Notes: a model not told the origin generated them from the sequence alone. Numbered from the stretch's first letter, positions 10,009 to 19,634 are shown. The stretch: DNA of 64,000 nt from an uncultured Verrucomicrobiae bacterium (GCA_963818965.1 CAWFUG010000012.1:32001-96000), one strand, 5' to 3'. Numbers and translations: made by a program.

Positions 10009-11892
10009 TTACCTAATAAAAAATCGATCGAGAGCTGGGTCAAAACTGTCATGGATCACACAGCCTTCTCCGAAAAGATTCTCATCTTTACAATTTTTTG
10101 TCCCAAGAATTCGCAGCTTCGTCGCCTTAAAGATATCTTTGCCATTGTCGAATTCAGCAATCATTTTTTCACTCCCATTATGAATGCAAAATTGGAAGGG
10201 ATTACGACCCGCGTTAAAGCGCGCAACAATGGTATAGGGCCATCGATCGGTTTTAAAAATCGATTGCCCTTGCAAGATCCCCTCCATGAGATCTTCTCCC
10301 GTCAAATAATGAAAGATACTAGGGAAAATATCCATATGGCAACTCATGTGACACGGCTGTAAGCTAGAAAAACTCTCACCAAAGCGATAATAAAGAGGAA
10401 CGTGCATTTGCTGATGGCTTAAGTTCGAATTGTGAAAGATATTCCCCTGTTCGTAAAATTCCTCTCCATGATCTCCCGTAATCATGACGATCGCTTCCCT
10501 TCCCCTTTCTGAAGATGCGAGGTCAGAAAAGAATTTTCCCATTAGAGAATCGACAAAATAAAGAGCATTGCGGTACCGGTTTTTAATTCCATTCAGCCCT
10601 TTGTTAGACGTCGAGAGTTTAAAATAGTTAATCTTTTCTTCAAAAGGAACATAGCGACTCATCTCTGGAGGCCAGCTGTAATCGAAATGGGTTGCATCTA
10701 AAAAAGTGATAAAGACCCTGCCCGATTCCTCTTTTTGCATCTGGGCATGTAAGTGCTCCATCGCCTTTAAATCCCGTTGGTAATCCTCATTGGTCTCCTC
10801 GTCATCCGGTATAAAGAAAGAATGAGTCAAATGCGTCCCTTCCCCGAAGAGGATCCGATCCATCTGGTAATAACCCAAATGCGCGGAAGAAGAGACATAG
10901 ATCTTGTACCCCATTTTTTTCAGTAACCCCAAAGGGAGACTTCCCGGCTCAAGAGGTGCTGAGGCCCAATAAAAGGGAAATTGAGAGTGAAAAATGGAAA
11001 ACCAGGAAATTTGCGTCCCATTGGCATTAGACAATGCCAGAGGAAAAGAGACGTTATCTTTTTTAAATTGCGCCAAATGGGGCGTGACATCAGGCGTGAT
11101 GAAATCTTCCCTCAAAGATTCGATGATAAAGAGATAGATATCTGGCTGGTGACGCAGGGAAAAAACGCGCGAGTCTAGCTTTTGCAAAACCTCTTCTTGC
11201 GTCAGCAGAGGACTTAAGGGATTCTTTAATGAAATGAACTCTGTAGGTGGAGAGAAAAAGGTATTTTTCCAGGGGAGGGTTTTTTGGTATCGATCGAAGA
11301 ATAGCGCTGAGACATTTCGACGCACCCCATAGTCCCAGCTCAAGAGAAAGAGACAAACCGTGCCAGCTACTCCACCTAAAAACCGCAGAGAAATCGGACA
11401 AGGCCGACTCTTTGTGAACCGGTCCGTCAGATGGAATAAGAATACGCCTGAGGCCAGAAGCATAATGCACCCGAGTGCAGCAACGCCCCAGACTAAAAAA
11501 GAGACATTGCTCGCTAAGAGAAGCGCGATGAAATTTTCATAAGTTTCTTGAAGCACAAAATCCAAGGCATACCAAAATGACATATCCACCAATCTAATGA
11601 GAGGGAAGTCGATTAGATGGCTCAAGAACAAAAAGAAAACGCATAGAATGTAGAAATTCAAAAAGCGCGGGAGATACCGTTTAATGATTTCTGCACAGAA
11701 TAAAAGAACCAACGTCTCCAAAAAGCATTGAGAAAGCGCATAAACGGCAAAAAAACATCCCGAAAAAGAAAAAATCGATTCGATGAGAACCACATGAAAG
11801 ACGTGGAGAAGCGCCGTAAAACAAAAATAAAACCCGAAAAATATATAATTAATCGAGTTTTTTGGAGTCTCAAAAATTTCTAATTTTTTCAT
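10009..11892 (-). CDS. Membrane sulfatase/LTA-synthase-family protein (YejM/PbgA-like)
   Basis: About five N-terminal TMs; IIESLR, H-Y motif (THFDY), ITGDHGEEF, HVPL, HMDIFPSI. Confidence 0.8.
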   Translation of the reverse strand: MKKLEIFETPKNSINYIFFGFYFCFTALLHVFHVVLIESIFSFSGCFFAVYALSQCFLETLVLLFCAEIIKRYLPRFLNFYILCVFFLFLSHLIDFPLIRLVDMSFWYALDFVLQETYENFIALLLASNVSFLVWGVAALGCIMLLASGVFLFHLTDRFTKSRPCPISLRFLGGVAGTVCLFLLSWDYGVRRNVSALFFDRYQKTLPWKNTFFSPPTEFISLKNPLSPLLTQEEVLQKLDSRVFSLRHQPDIYLFIIESLREDFITPDVTPHLAQFKKDNVSFPLALSNANGTQISWFSIFHSQFPFYWASAPLEPGSLPLGLLKKMGYKIYVSSSAHLGYYQMDRILFGEGTHLTHSFFIPDDEETNEDYQRDLKAMEHLHAQMQKEESGRVFITFLDATHFDYSWPPEMSRYVPFEEKINYFKLSTSNKGLNGIKNRYRNALYFVDSLMGKFFSDLASSERGREAIVMITGDHGEEFYEQGNIFHNSNLSHQQMHVPLYYRFGESFSSLQPCHMSCHMDIFPSIFHYLTGEDLMEGILQGQSIFKTDRWPYTIVARFNAGRNPFQFCIHNGSEKMIAEFDNGKDIFKATKLRILGTKNCKDENLFGEGCVIHDSFDPALDRFFIR

Positions 11893-11896
11893 TTTT

Positions 11897-13564
11897 TTAC
11901 ATTAATGCGATGAGCAATCCTTCCCAATCTCTCTTTTCGATATAATGAGCCACCACCTCAGGATCGGCGTGGATCCATTCAGAAAATCCCGATACATATG
12001 GAAACAGGTTCCCATCTTCATATTCGAGCTTCATCCTCTTCGAAAATCCGTCGAGAAATCCATCCCATTTAAACGAGCTTTTCCGAATCGTGCGCATCGC
12101 CCTTTTCAATTCAGGAGAAGAGAAGATGTGCCCGATGAATCGCAGCGGATGGACGCCATTGACCCGTTTTCCTTTCTTTTCTAAGCTGCGCTTTTCAAAT
12201 GCCAGTTGGAAAACATTTTTTTCCGCCATTGTCAAGACGATCGCCTCGATCAGCTCCTTTTCCTTTTCGTTGATCGGCAAGTGGTAAAAGGGTCCCGTAT
12301 CCACACCGATCACAGCCACGCGATGGACAGGCAAATTTTTCGCAAAGCAAAATTCCCGATCCCCTTTTTGGTTCACCAACCTGACTTGAGAAGAATGCAT
12401 TCCAGAATCTCTTATATCTACAGGCCAATTGTCATCCTCTTCCTCTTCTTCATAATCTGCATAAAGAGCAGAAAGGGCATCGAGATGCTCGTGAAGCGCC
12501 CCAATCTTCTCTGCAGTTAAGATTTCCCCTTGAACATGAGAAGGGTAAACCAGATGGAGTCTATCATTTTCGCCGTTAAAAAAAGATTCGATCTGCGGAT
12601 TTAAATCTTCCAGCTCGATCCGATCGATAGTAGCATAGGACGTCTTTAAAAAATCCTCTTTTGCAAGAGAGGCATCCCGTCCCATTAGAAATTGATCGAC
12701 ATAATAGGCCGCTAAAAAAGGAGCATCGGGATAATTCACCTTAGAGGACAAGTATTGCAAACTCATTAACAAATTACGCTTGGCTACGTAAAACTCCTCT
12801 TCTGTAAAGCCCTCCATCGCCACGGCCTTTTTTTGCCATAATAAATAAGAGAGAAGCCCCTCTGAAACCTCTTCAGGAACCAAAGCATAACCAGACACAG
12901 GCTTTAAAAACCGAGGATAGGGATGCACCCACATCTCATCCTCAAACCGGGTACAACGCTCTAAGCGATTTTCAAAGAGATCCTCGATGAGATACTTAAC
13001 CCACAATTCCCCTTCAGTTGCGCTCTGTTCTGAAAAATGGGGAAAAGGCAGCTGCATCGCGACTTTAAACATCTTCTCATTTTGAGCGATGTGCAGCGAA
13101 GGACCAGATCGATCGCGACTCTTCAACTGAACTTTAGAAAAATGCCTCTGAATGATCTCTTGCATCCCTTCATTTGAAAAATCCCCGACCGCTACGATGG
13201 CGATCTCCTCAGATTCCTCATCGGGCAAAGGGAGAATGGAAGAGCAAAAATAAGAAGAGGATTCCCCAGCATCTATCCCTTTCATTTTTTCGCTGCAATA
13301 ATGGAAAAAATGGTCAGCTGAGTCTAAAGAATCGAAATACCCATCGTGCGCATAGAGGATTTGATCACAAGAAGGTTTGCGTAAGACAACACGTAGGCTA
13401 GCAAACCGCGCATCCTTCGTATTCTTCTGGATATAGGTCTTGACCCCATTGTGCAATGAGGCGATCTGCACTTCACTCTTATCTCCTTCAACACTCTGAG
13501 CCCCCTGATGATTCACAAGCCCCAGCATGACCGCCACAAACAATACCCACTGCTTCATTTGCAT
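11897..13564 (-). CDS. Exported hypothetical protein, degenerate M16-peptidase-like N-terminus
   Basis: Signal peptide; LHNGVKTYI and IVAVGDF resemble M16 segments but there is no HxxEH motif; acidic linker; separate C-terminal domain. Confidence 0.55.
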   Translation of the reverse strand: MQMKQWVLFVAVMLGLVNHQGAQSVEGDKSEVQIASLHNGVKTYIQKNTKDARFASLRVVLRKPSCDQILYAHDGYFDSLDSADHFFHYCSEKMKGIDAGESSSYFCSSILPLPDEESEEIAIVAVGDFSNEGMQEIIQRHFSKVQLKSRDRSGPSLHIAQNEKMFKVAMQLPFPHFSEQSATEGELWVKYLIEDLFENRLERCTRFEDEMWVHPYPRFLKPVSGYALVPEEVSEGLLSYLLWQKKAVAMEGFTEEEFYVAKRNLLMSLQYLSSKVNYPDAPFLAAYYVDQFLMGRDASLAKEDFLKTSYATIDRIELEDLNPQIESFFNGENDRLHLVYPSHVQGEILTAEKIGALHEHLDALSALYADYEEEEEDDNWPVDIRDSGMHSSQVRLVNQKGDREFCFAKNLPVHRVAVIGVDTGPFYHLPINEKEKELIEAIVLTMAEKNVFQLAFEKRSLEKKGKRVNGVHPLRFIGHIFSSPELKRAMRTIRKSSFKWDGFLDGFSKRMKLEYEDGNLFPYVSGFSEWIHADPEVVAHYIEKRDWEGLLIALM

Positions 13565-13619
13565 TTCCTTTCGTTAAAAAATTAGACCAGGAACCGGCGT
13601 TGTTGAAAGGAAAAATAAC

Positions 13620-13724
13620 AACCACAGAGAGGAGAAACCACAGAGAGAAAATTTATATTAGACTTCTTGTTCAGAAGAGCTGTTTAAAAAAAATTCCTCT
13701 CTGTGGTTTCCCCGCTCTGTGGTT
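13620..13724. repeat. CACAGAG-type palindromic repeat
   Basis: AACCACAGAGAGGAGAAACCACAGAGAG ... CTCTCTGTGGTTTCCCCGCTCTGTGGTT inverted pair. Confidence 0.85.
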
Positions 13725-13839
13725 ATTACTTGCCTTCTATGCAGCAACATCCCAGGGACTTATCCCAAAAAACGTATGTGTATAGTCAATCATTATTTAT
13801 GGCCGCAATCTTTTTTTTTCATTCCAAAAAAAATGCCTG

Positions 13840-15282
13840 ATGGTTAAACAAATTAGTATACCAAAGTGGAGCCGGCATATGACTAGAGTCCGATACGATC
13901 GCTTCCGCTTTAAATGGTGGGCACTCTTCGGTGTATCCCTGCTCGCTTTTACCGCATTTTTGGATGCGACGATCGTCAATACAGCACTTCCCTTTATTCA
14001 ATCTGCATTGCAAACGACCATCTTGCAACTGCAATGGATCGCAAACATCTTTACGATCATCTTGAGCATGACCATGATCGCTATCGGCAAATGCGCAGAT
14101 CTCTGGGGACGCAAAAAGGTGTTCTATTTTGGGGTGACTTTTTTCGCGATCGCCGCTTTAGGCGCAGGGTTTAGCAACACAGTCGAATTCTTGGTCTTTT
14201 TTCGCGGACTACAAGCCTTAGGAGCCTCGACTATTTTTATCGCCTCCGCAGCGCTGCTCTCCGATGTATTCCCAGAAAAAGAGCGCGTCCGAGCGATTAG
14301 CATTTACGGAGGAGTGACGGGATTTGGCCTCATGATCGGACCCTTTCTCGGCGGCATCTTAGTCGGCCTTTTAGGCTGGCGATGGGTCTTTTGGGTCAAT
14401 CTTCCCATCATCGCTGTAGGGCTTGCCGCCTGCTCTTTTAGTTTGAGAGGACACGCGCACGAGAAACCCGCCACCAAGGTCGATGGATGGGGACTTCTCC
14501 TGCTGATCTTCGGGCTCGGCACTCTCATGTATGGCATTACTGCAGCAGCTGAATCTAGCTGGTCATCTCCCATCGCCTGGACCTCATTAGTCGCGGGAAT
14601 CGCTGCCCTCGTTACATTGATCATCCTCGACAACTTCCGGAAGAACCCTCTCCTCGACCTCCATATTTTCAAGAAGAATCTCATCGTCCTCGCAGCACTC
14701 AGCTGTGCCTTAGCGGGTGTCGCTTCGACCGTCTTCATGTTCTTCGACCCGCTCTACTTGCGCATCTTACGCAAATTATCCCCTTTTCTCATCGGCCTTC
14801 TCATCGCCGTAATCCCCGCGGCACAAGCGATCATCTCCTTCTTTTTTAACCGATTGGTGCACCGGCTTGGCGTCACTCATCTCCTTTTCATCTCCGTCAT
14901 TGCCGCCACCCTCGCCGCCTTCCTCCATTGTTTCATCGGCCTCGATACCCCTCTTCTCTTCCTCATCCTTCCCTTTTTCCTCTTAGGGATCAACTGGGGT
15001 CTGAGCAATGCAGCGATGATCACAGCCGTGAATCAAGTCATCGCCCCCCGCGAAATTGGAGCAGCGATCGGCAGCATCGCCACCATTTGGAATGTCGCCG
15101 GCGCCATCATCTTAGCGGTGAGCACAGCCATCTTCTACTCCATTGAGACACAGAGTTCTTTCCTGCCCGCCTTTCATGGAGCTGTGAGTTTCAATACGGC
15201 CTTTGCAGCGCTCATGCTCATCGGCGCCATCTGGGTTTACGTCAAATTACAAAGATCCAAACAAAGATCCAAAAAGAAATAG
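13840..15282 (+). CDS. MFS transporter, DHA2 (14-TM) family
   Basis: LDATIVNTALP, GKCADLWGRKK, RGLQALG, GPFLGG. Confidence 0.92.
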   Translation: MVKQISIPKWSRHMTRVRYDRFRFKWWALFGVSLLAFTAFLDATIVNTALPFIQSALQTTILQLQWIANIFTIILSMTMIAIGKCADLWGRKKVFYFGVTFFAIAALGAGFSNTVEFLVFFRGLQALGASTIFIASAALLSDVFPEKERVRAISIYGGVTGFGLMIGPFLGGILVGLLGWRWVFWVNLPIIAVGLAACSFSLRGHAHEKPATKVDGWGLLLLIFGLGTLMYGITAAAESSWSSPIAWTSLVAGIAALVTLIILDNFRKNPLLDLHIFKKNLIVLAALSCALAGVASTVFMFFDPLYLRILRKLSPFLIGLLIAVIPAAQAIISFFFNRLVHRLGVTHLLFISVIAATLAAFLHCFIGLDTPLLFLILPFFLLGINWGLSNAAMITAVNQVIAPREIGAAIGSIATIWNVAGAIILAVSTAIFYSIETQSSFLPAFHGAVSFNTAFAALMLIGAIWVYVKLQRSKQRSKKK

Positions 15283-15354
15283 TTCTTAGTTGGGTTGGGC
15301 TTTGTTGCGTAATTCATGAGGACCTAATCCAGCTCCCCATCACTCCATTCTGAA

Positions 15355-15430
15355 TATACCGAACGTGACTCAAGAACCGGGATTGGGCCGATGTGAAAGC
15401 TCCCGCGGTTCTTGAGTCACGTTCGGTATA
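15355..15430. repeat. ERIC-like palindromic element, arm type C, internally deleted
   Basis: TATACCGAACGTGACTCAAGAACCG...GTGAAAGCTCC...CGGTTCTTGAGTCACGTTCGGTATA. Confidence 0.85.
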
Positions 15431-15435
15431 TATGC

Positions 15436-15523
15436 AATTTCACCACAGAGAGGGAAAACCACAGAGAGGAAGTTCCTATTTAAAAATTTCCTCTCTGTGG
15501 TTTTCTCTCTCTGTGGTGAAATT
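15436..15523. repeat. CACAGAG-type palindromic repeat
   Basis: AATTTCACCACAGAGAGGGAAAACCACAGAGAGGAA...TTCCTCTCTGTGGTTTTCTCTCTCTGTGGTGAAATT. Confidence 0.9.
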
Positions 15524-15545
15524 CAGCTATTTATGCAATAAAGCC

Positions 15546-15643
15546 GTTGGGTTGTATTGCACTAATACTACCCAACTTACGATCGTCGAATCGCGGCGGC
15601 TTTAACGCAGCTCTAATGCAGGTTACTTTAGATGATTGGTATT
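15546..15643. repeat. ERIC-like element, diverged half copy (arm type F)
   Basis: Loop GTTGGGTTGTATTGCACTAATACTACCCAAC, core GATCGTCGAATCGCGGCGGCTTTAAC, then a 37-nt arm ending GGTATT. Confidence 0.7.
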
Positions 15644-15705
15644 AGTTGTACTTAAAAACACATCTTTAATATACAGAAAATAAGAAACCAGATCTTGTAG
15701 AAAAA

Positions 15706-16098
15706 ATGTCTTTTAAAATATTCCTATTTGGAGAAGCGGAAAAAGGGGCCTTTTGCACTCCCCATTTGTGTCGCTCTCTTTCAGATCTCTCTGAGACTTT
15801 TGGAAACCCTCCTGAAGAGAGCGTCGGTCTGGTATACGCCGTTCAAGCCTTGCTTTATGAACGAGAACTGATCTATTTCCGCGTGCGCGAAGAGGGATTC
15901 AGCACCGCAGATTATATGAAAGGAATCCAACTTTTGGGAAAAAAAGGAGAGCTAGACGACCTGGCAGCGATTTGCATGCCAGGTGTCGGAAATGCAGATA
16001 TCCTCGAAGCGACAACGCCTCTTTGCTCTGTGCGGCGCACCTTGCTCATCACAACAGAAAAGGACCTCTATGATTATCTCACGCATCGAAATAAGTGA
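15706..16098 (+). CDS. Conserved chlamydial hypothetical protein
   Basis: Clean 130-aa ORF convergent with ahpC, an arrangement I recognise from chlamydial genomes; no function assignable. Confidence 0.75.
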   Translation: MSFKIFLFGEAEKGAFCTPHLCRSLSDLSETFGNPPEESVGLVYAVQALLYERELIYFRVREEGFSTADYMKGIQLLGKKGELDDLAAICMPGVGNADILEATTPLCSVRRTLLITTEKDLYDYLTHRNK

Positions 16099-16666
16099 CG
16101 ACCCCTTCTTGGGTGGGCTTCATCGCCTTTGCCCCTACTTTCCAATTTGCCGGGCACACTTCCCCATTACACTCAAAATAGATGAGAGCATCCAGCATGC
16201 GAAGCGCTTCATCCACAGAACGCCCCAGCGGCAAATCATTGACGAGCTGATGCCGCACAACGCCCTGTTTATCGATGAGGAATAATCCCCTAAAGGCGAT
16301 CCCCTCATCTTCTTTAAGCACATGGAAACTGCGAGAGATCTCCTTATTGAGATCGGAGACGAGAGGGTATTCGATCCCCTGAATACCGCCATTTTTCTTC
16401 GGCGTATTCCACCACGCCAAATGGGAAAACCAGCTATCGACAGAACAGCCGACGACTTGCGCCCCTCTTCCTTCAAACTGCTCTAATTTTTCTTGAAAAG
16501 CATGTAATTCTGTCGGGCAGACAAAAGTGAAATCCAACGGGTAGAAGAAAAAGACGACGTATTTCCCTAAAAAATCTTCCAAGGAAAACCCATCGAGCAC
16601 TTCCCCTTTACAAACTGCCTTCGATTTAAACTGGGGCGCTTTTTTCCCAACTAACAAACTATTCAT
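16079..16666 (-). CDS. ahpC: 2-Cys peroxiredoxin
   Basis: FYPLDFTFVCPTE and GEVCPANW. Confidence 0.97.
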   Translation of the reverse strand: MNSLLVGKKAPQFKSKAVCKGEVLDGFSLEDFLGKYVVFFFYPLDFTFVCPTELHAFQEKLEQFEGRGAQVVGCSVDSWFSHLAWWNTPKKNGGIQGIEYPLVSDLNKEISRSFHVLKEDEGIAFRGLFLIDKQGVVRHQLVNDLPLGRSVDEALRMLDALIYFECNGEVCPANWKVGAKAMKPTQEGVVTYFDA

Positions 16667-16675
16667 AGAATTACC

Positions 16676-17311
16676 TTAAGTGTTAAATCTTTCCTCTGCG
16701 TGGATGATCCACTTCTCCGCGCCGATAGTCGTCTCTTCTCCATGGCCCGGAAAAACACGCGTTTCTGGCGGCAGCTCAGCCAAATCTTTTAATGACTTCC
16801 ACATGAGCGCGCGGCGGTTCGTCGGAAGATCCAACCTGCCAATTGTCCCCTGAAAGAGAGTATCTCCTGAAAATAACATCTTTTCCTTAGGGAGATAAAA
16901 ACAAACGCCCCCGGGTGAGTGTCCTGGAGTATGAATGACGTGAATGCTCAAAGTGCCCACCGTAAGCACTTGACCATCCTCCAAGTAATCTTCTGGAATT
17001 ACCCCTTCGATTTCAAAAAACAACGGGAGACGATCAGAACCGGGATCTTCCACATTTCCCGCATCCTCTCGATGGACATAAACGGGAGCGTTTAGAGCAT
17101 TTTTAAGCCGCGCGAGATCTGCAGTATGGTCCCAATGAGAGTGGGTCAATAGAATTTTTTCGACATTCAAGGAGAGTTCGCGAGATCTACGCAAGACCCA
17201 ATCGGTACTTTTAAAAGGAGCATCGATGACAACAGCCCGTTTCGTTTCCGGACACCCTAATAGGTAGAGATTTGTGTCCGCTGGCCCAGAACAAAAACAA
17301 TCTAAGATCAT
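16676..17311 (-). CDS. MBL-fold metallo-hydrolase (glyoxalase II-like)
   Basis: THSHWDH, HTPGHSPG, SGDTLF, PGHG. Start is MILDC at 17311; the upstream extension in the ORF track is the tRNA. Confidence 0.92.
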   Translation of the reverse strand: MILDCFCSGPADTNLYLLGCPETKRAVVIDAPFKSTDWVLRRSRELSLNVEKILLTHSHWDHTADLARLKNALNAPVYVHREDAGNVEDPGSDRLPLFFEIEGVIPEDYLEDGQVLTVGTLSIHVIHTPGHSPGGVCFYLPKEKMLFSGDTLFQGTIGRLDLPTNRRALMWKSLKDLAELPPETRVFPGHGEETTIGAEKWIIHAEERFNT

Positions 17312-17330
17312 ACGGACACCTATCGAAAAA

Positions 17331-17404
17331 TGCACCGGAGAGGATTCGAACCTCCGACCTCCCGGTTCGTAGCCGGGTACTCTATCCAGCTGAGCTACCA
17401 GTGC
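17331..17404 (-). tRNA. tRNA-Arg (ACG), CCA not encoded
   Basis: GCACTGGTAGCTCAGCTGGATAGAGTACCCGGCT-ACG-AACCGGGAGGTCGGAGGTTCGAATCCTCTCCGGTGCA: acceptor, D, anticodon and T arms all pair. Confidence 0.98.
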
Positions 17405-17564
17405 ATAAGTCGTCCATGCTCTCATTTCAGAAGATTTTGCGCAAGCGCTCACTTCTACCCCATCCGTTTTCCCCTTCTGTGCGCGTCTTTTTTCATGCGT
17501 AAAACTGTATTCTATTATAAAAGGAAATCTAGGTTATAGACAGAATCTTATGGAGGAAAACGAG

Positions 17565-17717
17565 ATGATACGCAAGCTTAAGACAGGAATGTACCGCATC
17601 TATTCTCGATCGATCAATCCCAAAACAGGAAAACGCAGAAACCTGGGAACGTTTGAGACGCGTGAAGCGGCCCTTAAACACGAAAGAGAGATCCAGTATT
17701 TCAAGAGAAGGGGTTAA
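17565..17717 (+). CDS. Small basic 50-aa protein (AP2-like LGTF.T.E.A motif)
   Basis: Below the ORF-track cutoff; GGAGG RBS; MIRKLKTGMYRIYSRSINPKTGKRRNLGTFETREAALKHEREIQYFKRRG. Confidence 0.8.
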   Translation: MIRKLKTGMYRIYSRSINPKTGKRRNLGTFETREAALKHEREIQYFKRRG

Positions 17718-17906
17718 TTTTCTTCTTATGTTCCTTATTTTGTTCCTTATTTTGTCTTAGGGATCGTCCACGGACGCCCCCACCTGTCTATAACCGTCTC
17801 ATTATAAGCCTCTTAGGAATATACCACTTTCCACGTAAAAAGAATTTAAATAAATTAATAATTAATGATATAATAATAGTAATATCATATTAAACAAAAG
17901 ATAATT

Positions 17907-19508
17907 ATGACAACTGGAATAACAGCAACTAAAGTATCCCCTCCCATGGAACCATGGACGTCTGCCCATGAAACAAAAGAATTATTTACAGGATTCTTTC
18001 CCCCTGTTTTAGCAGATACTGCCGATCAAGAATTCACCTATGATACGCCTCAGGATTTTGGAAAAGAGATCAAGAAACTCTTCGTCCATTATTCTTTAAA
18101 AAAATTCAGCTCTCGACTTTGTAAAAACCTGAGATCCATTGCAGATAGAGAAGGTTTTGATTTACGTTACACTAAGTCACACTACTACACTCGCGACCCA
18201 ATGTTCGTTAAAGACAATTCAAAAACGATCATCTCCACTCTGGTAACTTCCCACACAAAAATAGGGAGGAAATTAAAAAACCATATAGACATTTACAGAA
18301 ACCACCCATTTAGTATTACTCAACTTTATCCGACTGCAATTTTTCAAAGTACTTTGGGTGCCGTAGGCGAACGCCGTCAAACTTTACTGATAGCAAAAGA
18401 AATAGATCCTGCGATTACAAAAAAAGTGCGTCTCTATGCAGAAGGTGGCAATCTTTTTCGTATAAATAACAGGTACAACTTGCCTCAATGTGTTGTAGGC
18501 GAAGATTTAGCTCTCGCAACACTTCATTCTTTATATTCTGAAGGATGGTTTGATCCACCTGATCCAGCCTCTCGCATTTTCCAAGAAGAAGAGAACGTCT
18601 ATTCTAAAAGAGGAGATCCTTTGAGTCCGTTATTCCTCGAAGGAAAAATCCCACAAATAATCGACGAAATCGCCCCCTCATTCTCTTTTCTGACACTGAA
18701 AGAAGTCGAAGACGCCCTGGTGGAGATCATAAGAAATGAAAAGCCCTCGCTAAAAACGCAGATGATAAAGGATCAATTAGACAAAATCCACATAGATGCC
18801 ACAGACGCAAAAACAACAGCTATGCGCTATATGGCTACGCTGGAATTTATAAAAAACAGACTCTTTCCAACTGAGTTAGAAGTATCTCCCGAAGACATTT
18901 GTTTTATACAGCAACCTGGATACCATATCGATCTATTTATTTCCCCTGGACCAAAAGGTTCTGTATTTGTCCAAGATTACGCTCTCGCTCTCAGTGTTTT
19001 AAAAACAATTGAAAAAAACAAACACCTTCTAAATTTAAGCGACGCGGAAATTGAAACTTTAAATTCTCTCATTTCCATTACGAAGGAAATCGGTTTGCTT
19101 TTGGAAAATACAATGGATATTATTCGCAACCAATTGGAACAATCTGGTTTTATCGTAATCCCCACACCGGGGGTATTTTTTGGATACGACAAGGGGTTTT
19201 CTGACAAAGAATTTTATAGTATTAATTTCATGAACTCTATCACTGGATTCTCTCCTAAAAATCAGCATTACTATTATATTACGGGTGGTGCCCAAGGGCG
19301 TTTAGGTAAAATCCTCATGGATGTTTTTGCTGAGTTCATCGGCTCTCAGTGTGAAAATACTGTGATCTACTATACAGGGAGAAAGGGCAAAGACCCCACC
19401 GACTTCCAAGAAGCCTTTACAAATCTCAATCAACAGCACTGTGGTGTCCACTGCTTGACTAATGAATTAGAAACGAAAATGCATGTCGCAGGCGCTACCC
19501 ATCCTTAA
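17907..19508 (+). CDS. Pentein (guanidino-modifying) superfamily protein, arginine/peptidyl-arginine deiminase-like
   Basis: Ordered motifs YTRD, EGGN, YHIDLF, NFMN and C-terminal GVHCLT; AT-rich relative to flanks. Confidence 0.7.
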   Translation: MTTGITATKVSPPMEPWTSAHETKELFTGFFPPVLADTADQEFTYDTPQDFGKEIKKLFVHYSLKKFSSRLCKNLRSIADREGFDLRYTKSHYYTRDPMFVKDNSKTIISTLVTSHTKIGRKLKNHIDIYRNHPFSITQLYPTAIFQSTLGAVGERRQTLLIAKEIDPAITKKVRLYAEGGNLFRINNRYNLPQCVVGEDLALATLHSLYSEGWFDPPDPASRIFQEEENVYSKRGDPLSPLFLEGKIPQIIDEIAPSFSFLTLKEVEDALVEIIRNEKPSLKTQMIKDQLDKIHIDATDAKTTAMRYMATLEFIKNRLFPTELEVSPEDICFIQQPGYHIDLFISPGPKGSVFVQDYALALSVLKTIEKNKHLLNLSDAEIETLNSLISITKEIGLLLENTMDIIRNQLEQSGFIVIPTPGVFFGYDKGFSDKEFYSINFMNSITGFSPKNQHYYYITGGAQGRLGKILMDVFAEFIGSQCENTVIYYTGRKGKDPTDFQEAFTNLNQQHCGVHCLTNELETKMHVAGATHP

Positions 19509-19517
19509 AAAACATCT

Positions 19518-19573
19518 TATACCCCGCGCGCTTAGGAATGGTGCATTTGAGCGCGTGAAAGCCCCGAGATTCT
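19518..19573. repeat. ERIC-like element, partial (arm type B)
   Basis: TATACCCCGCGCGCTTAGGAATGGTGCATTTGAGCGC-GTGAAAGCCCCGAGATTC, near-identical to the left arm at 44253. Confidence 0.85.
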
Positions 19574-19634
19574 GGGGTCGTATTCCTCTCTTTTTTAGGG
19601 TTAAAAACCCGTTTCTGTGGTATCCTCTTTCTCT

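Noticed and set aside
17312..17452. N-terminal extension of the MBL hydrolase ORF
   Set aside because: It is read-through of the tRNA-Arg gene; the real start is 17311.
17729..17755. 12-bp tandem repeat TTCCTTATTTTG x2
   Set aside because: Only two units, intergenic, no function evident.
17331..19508. tRNA-targeted genomic island
   Set aside because: The AT-rich gene lies on the 5' side of the tRNA; no integrase and no duplicated tRNA 3' end were seen.
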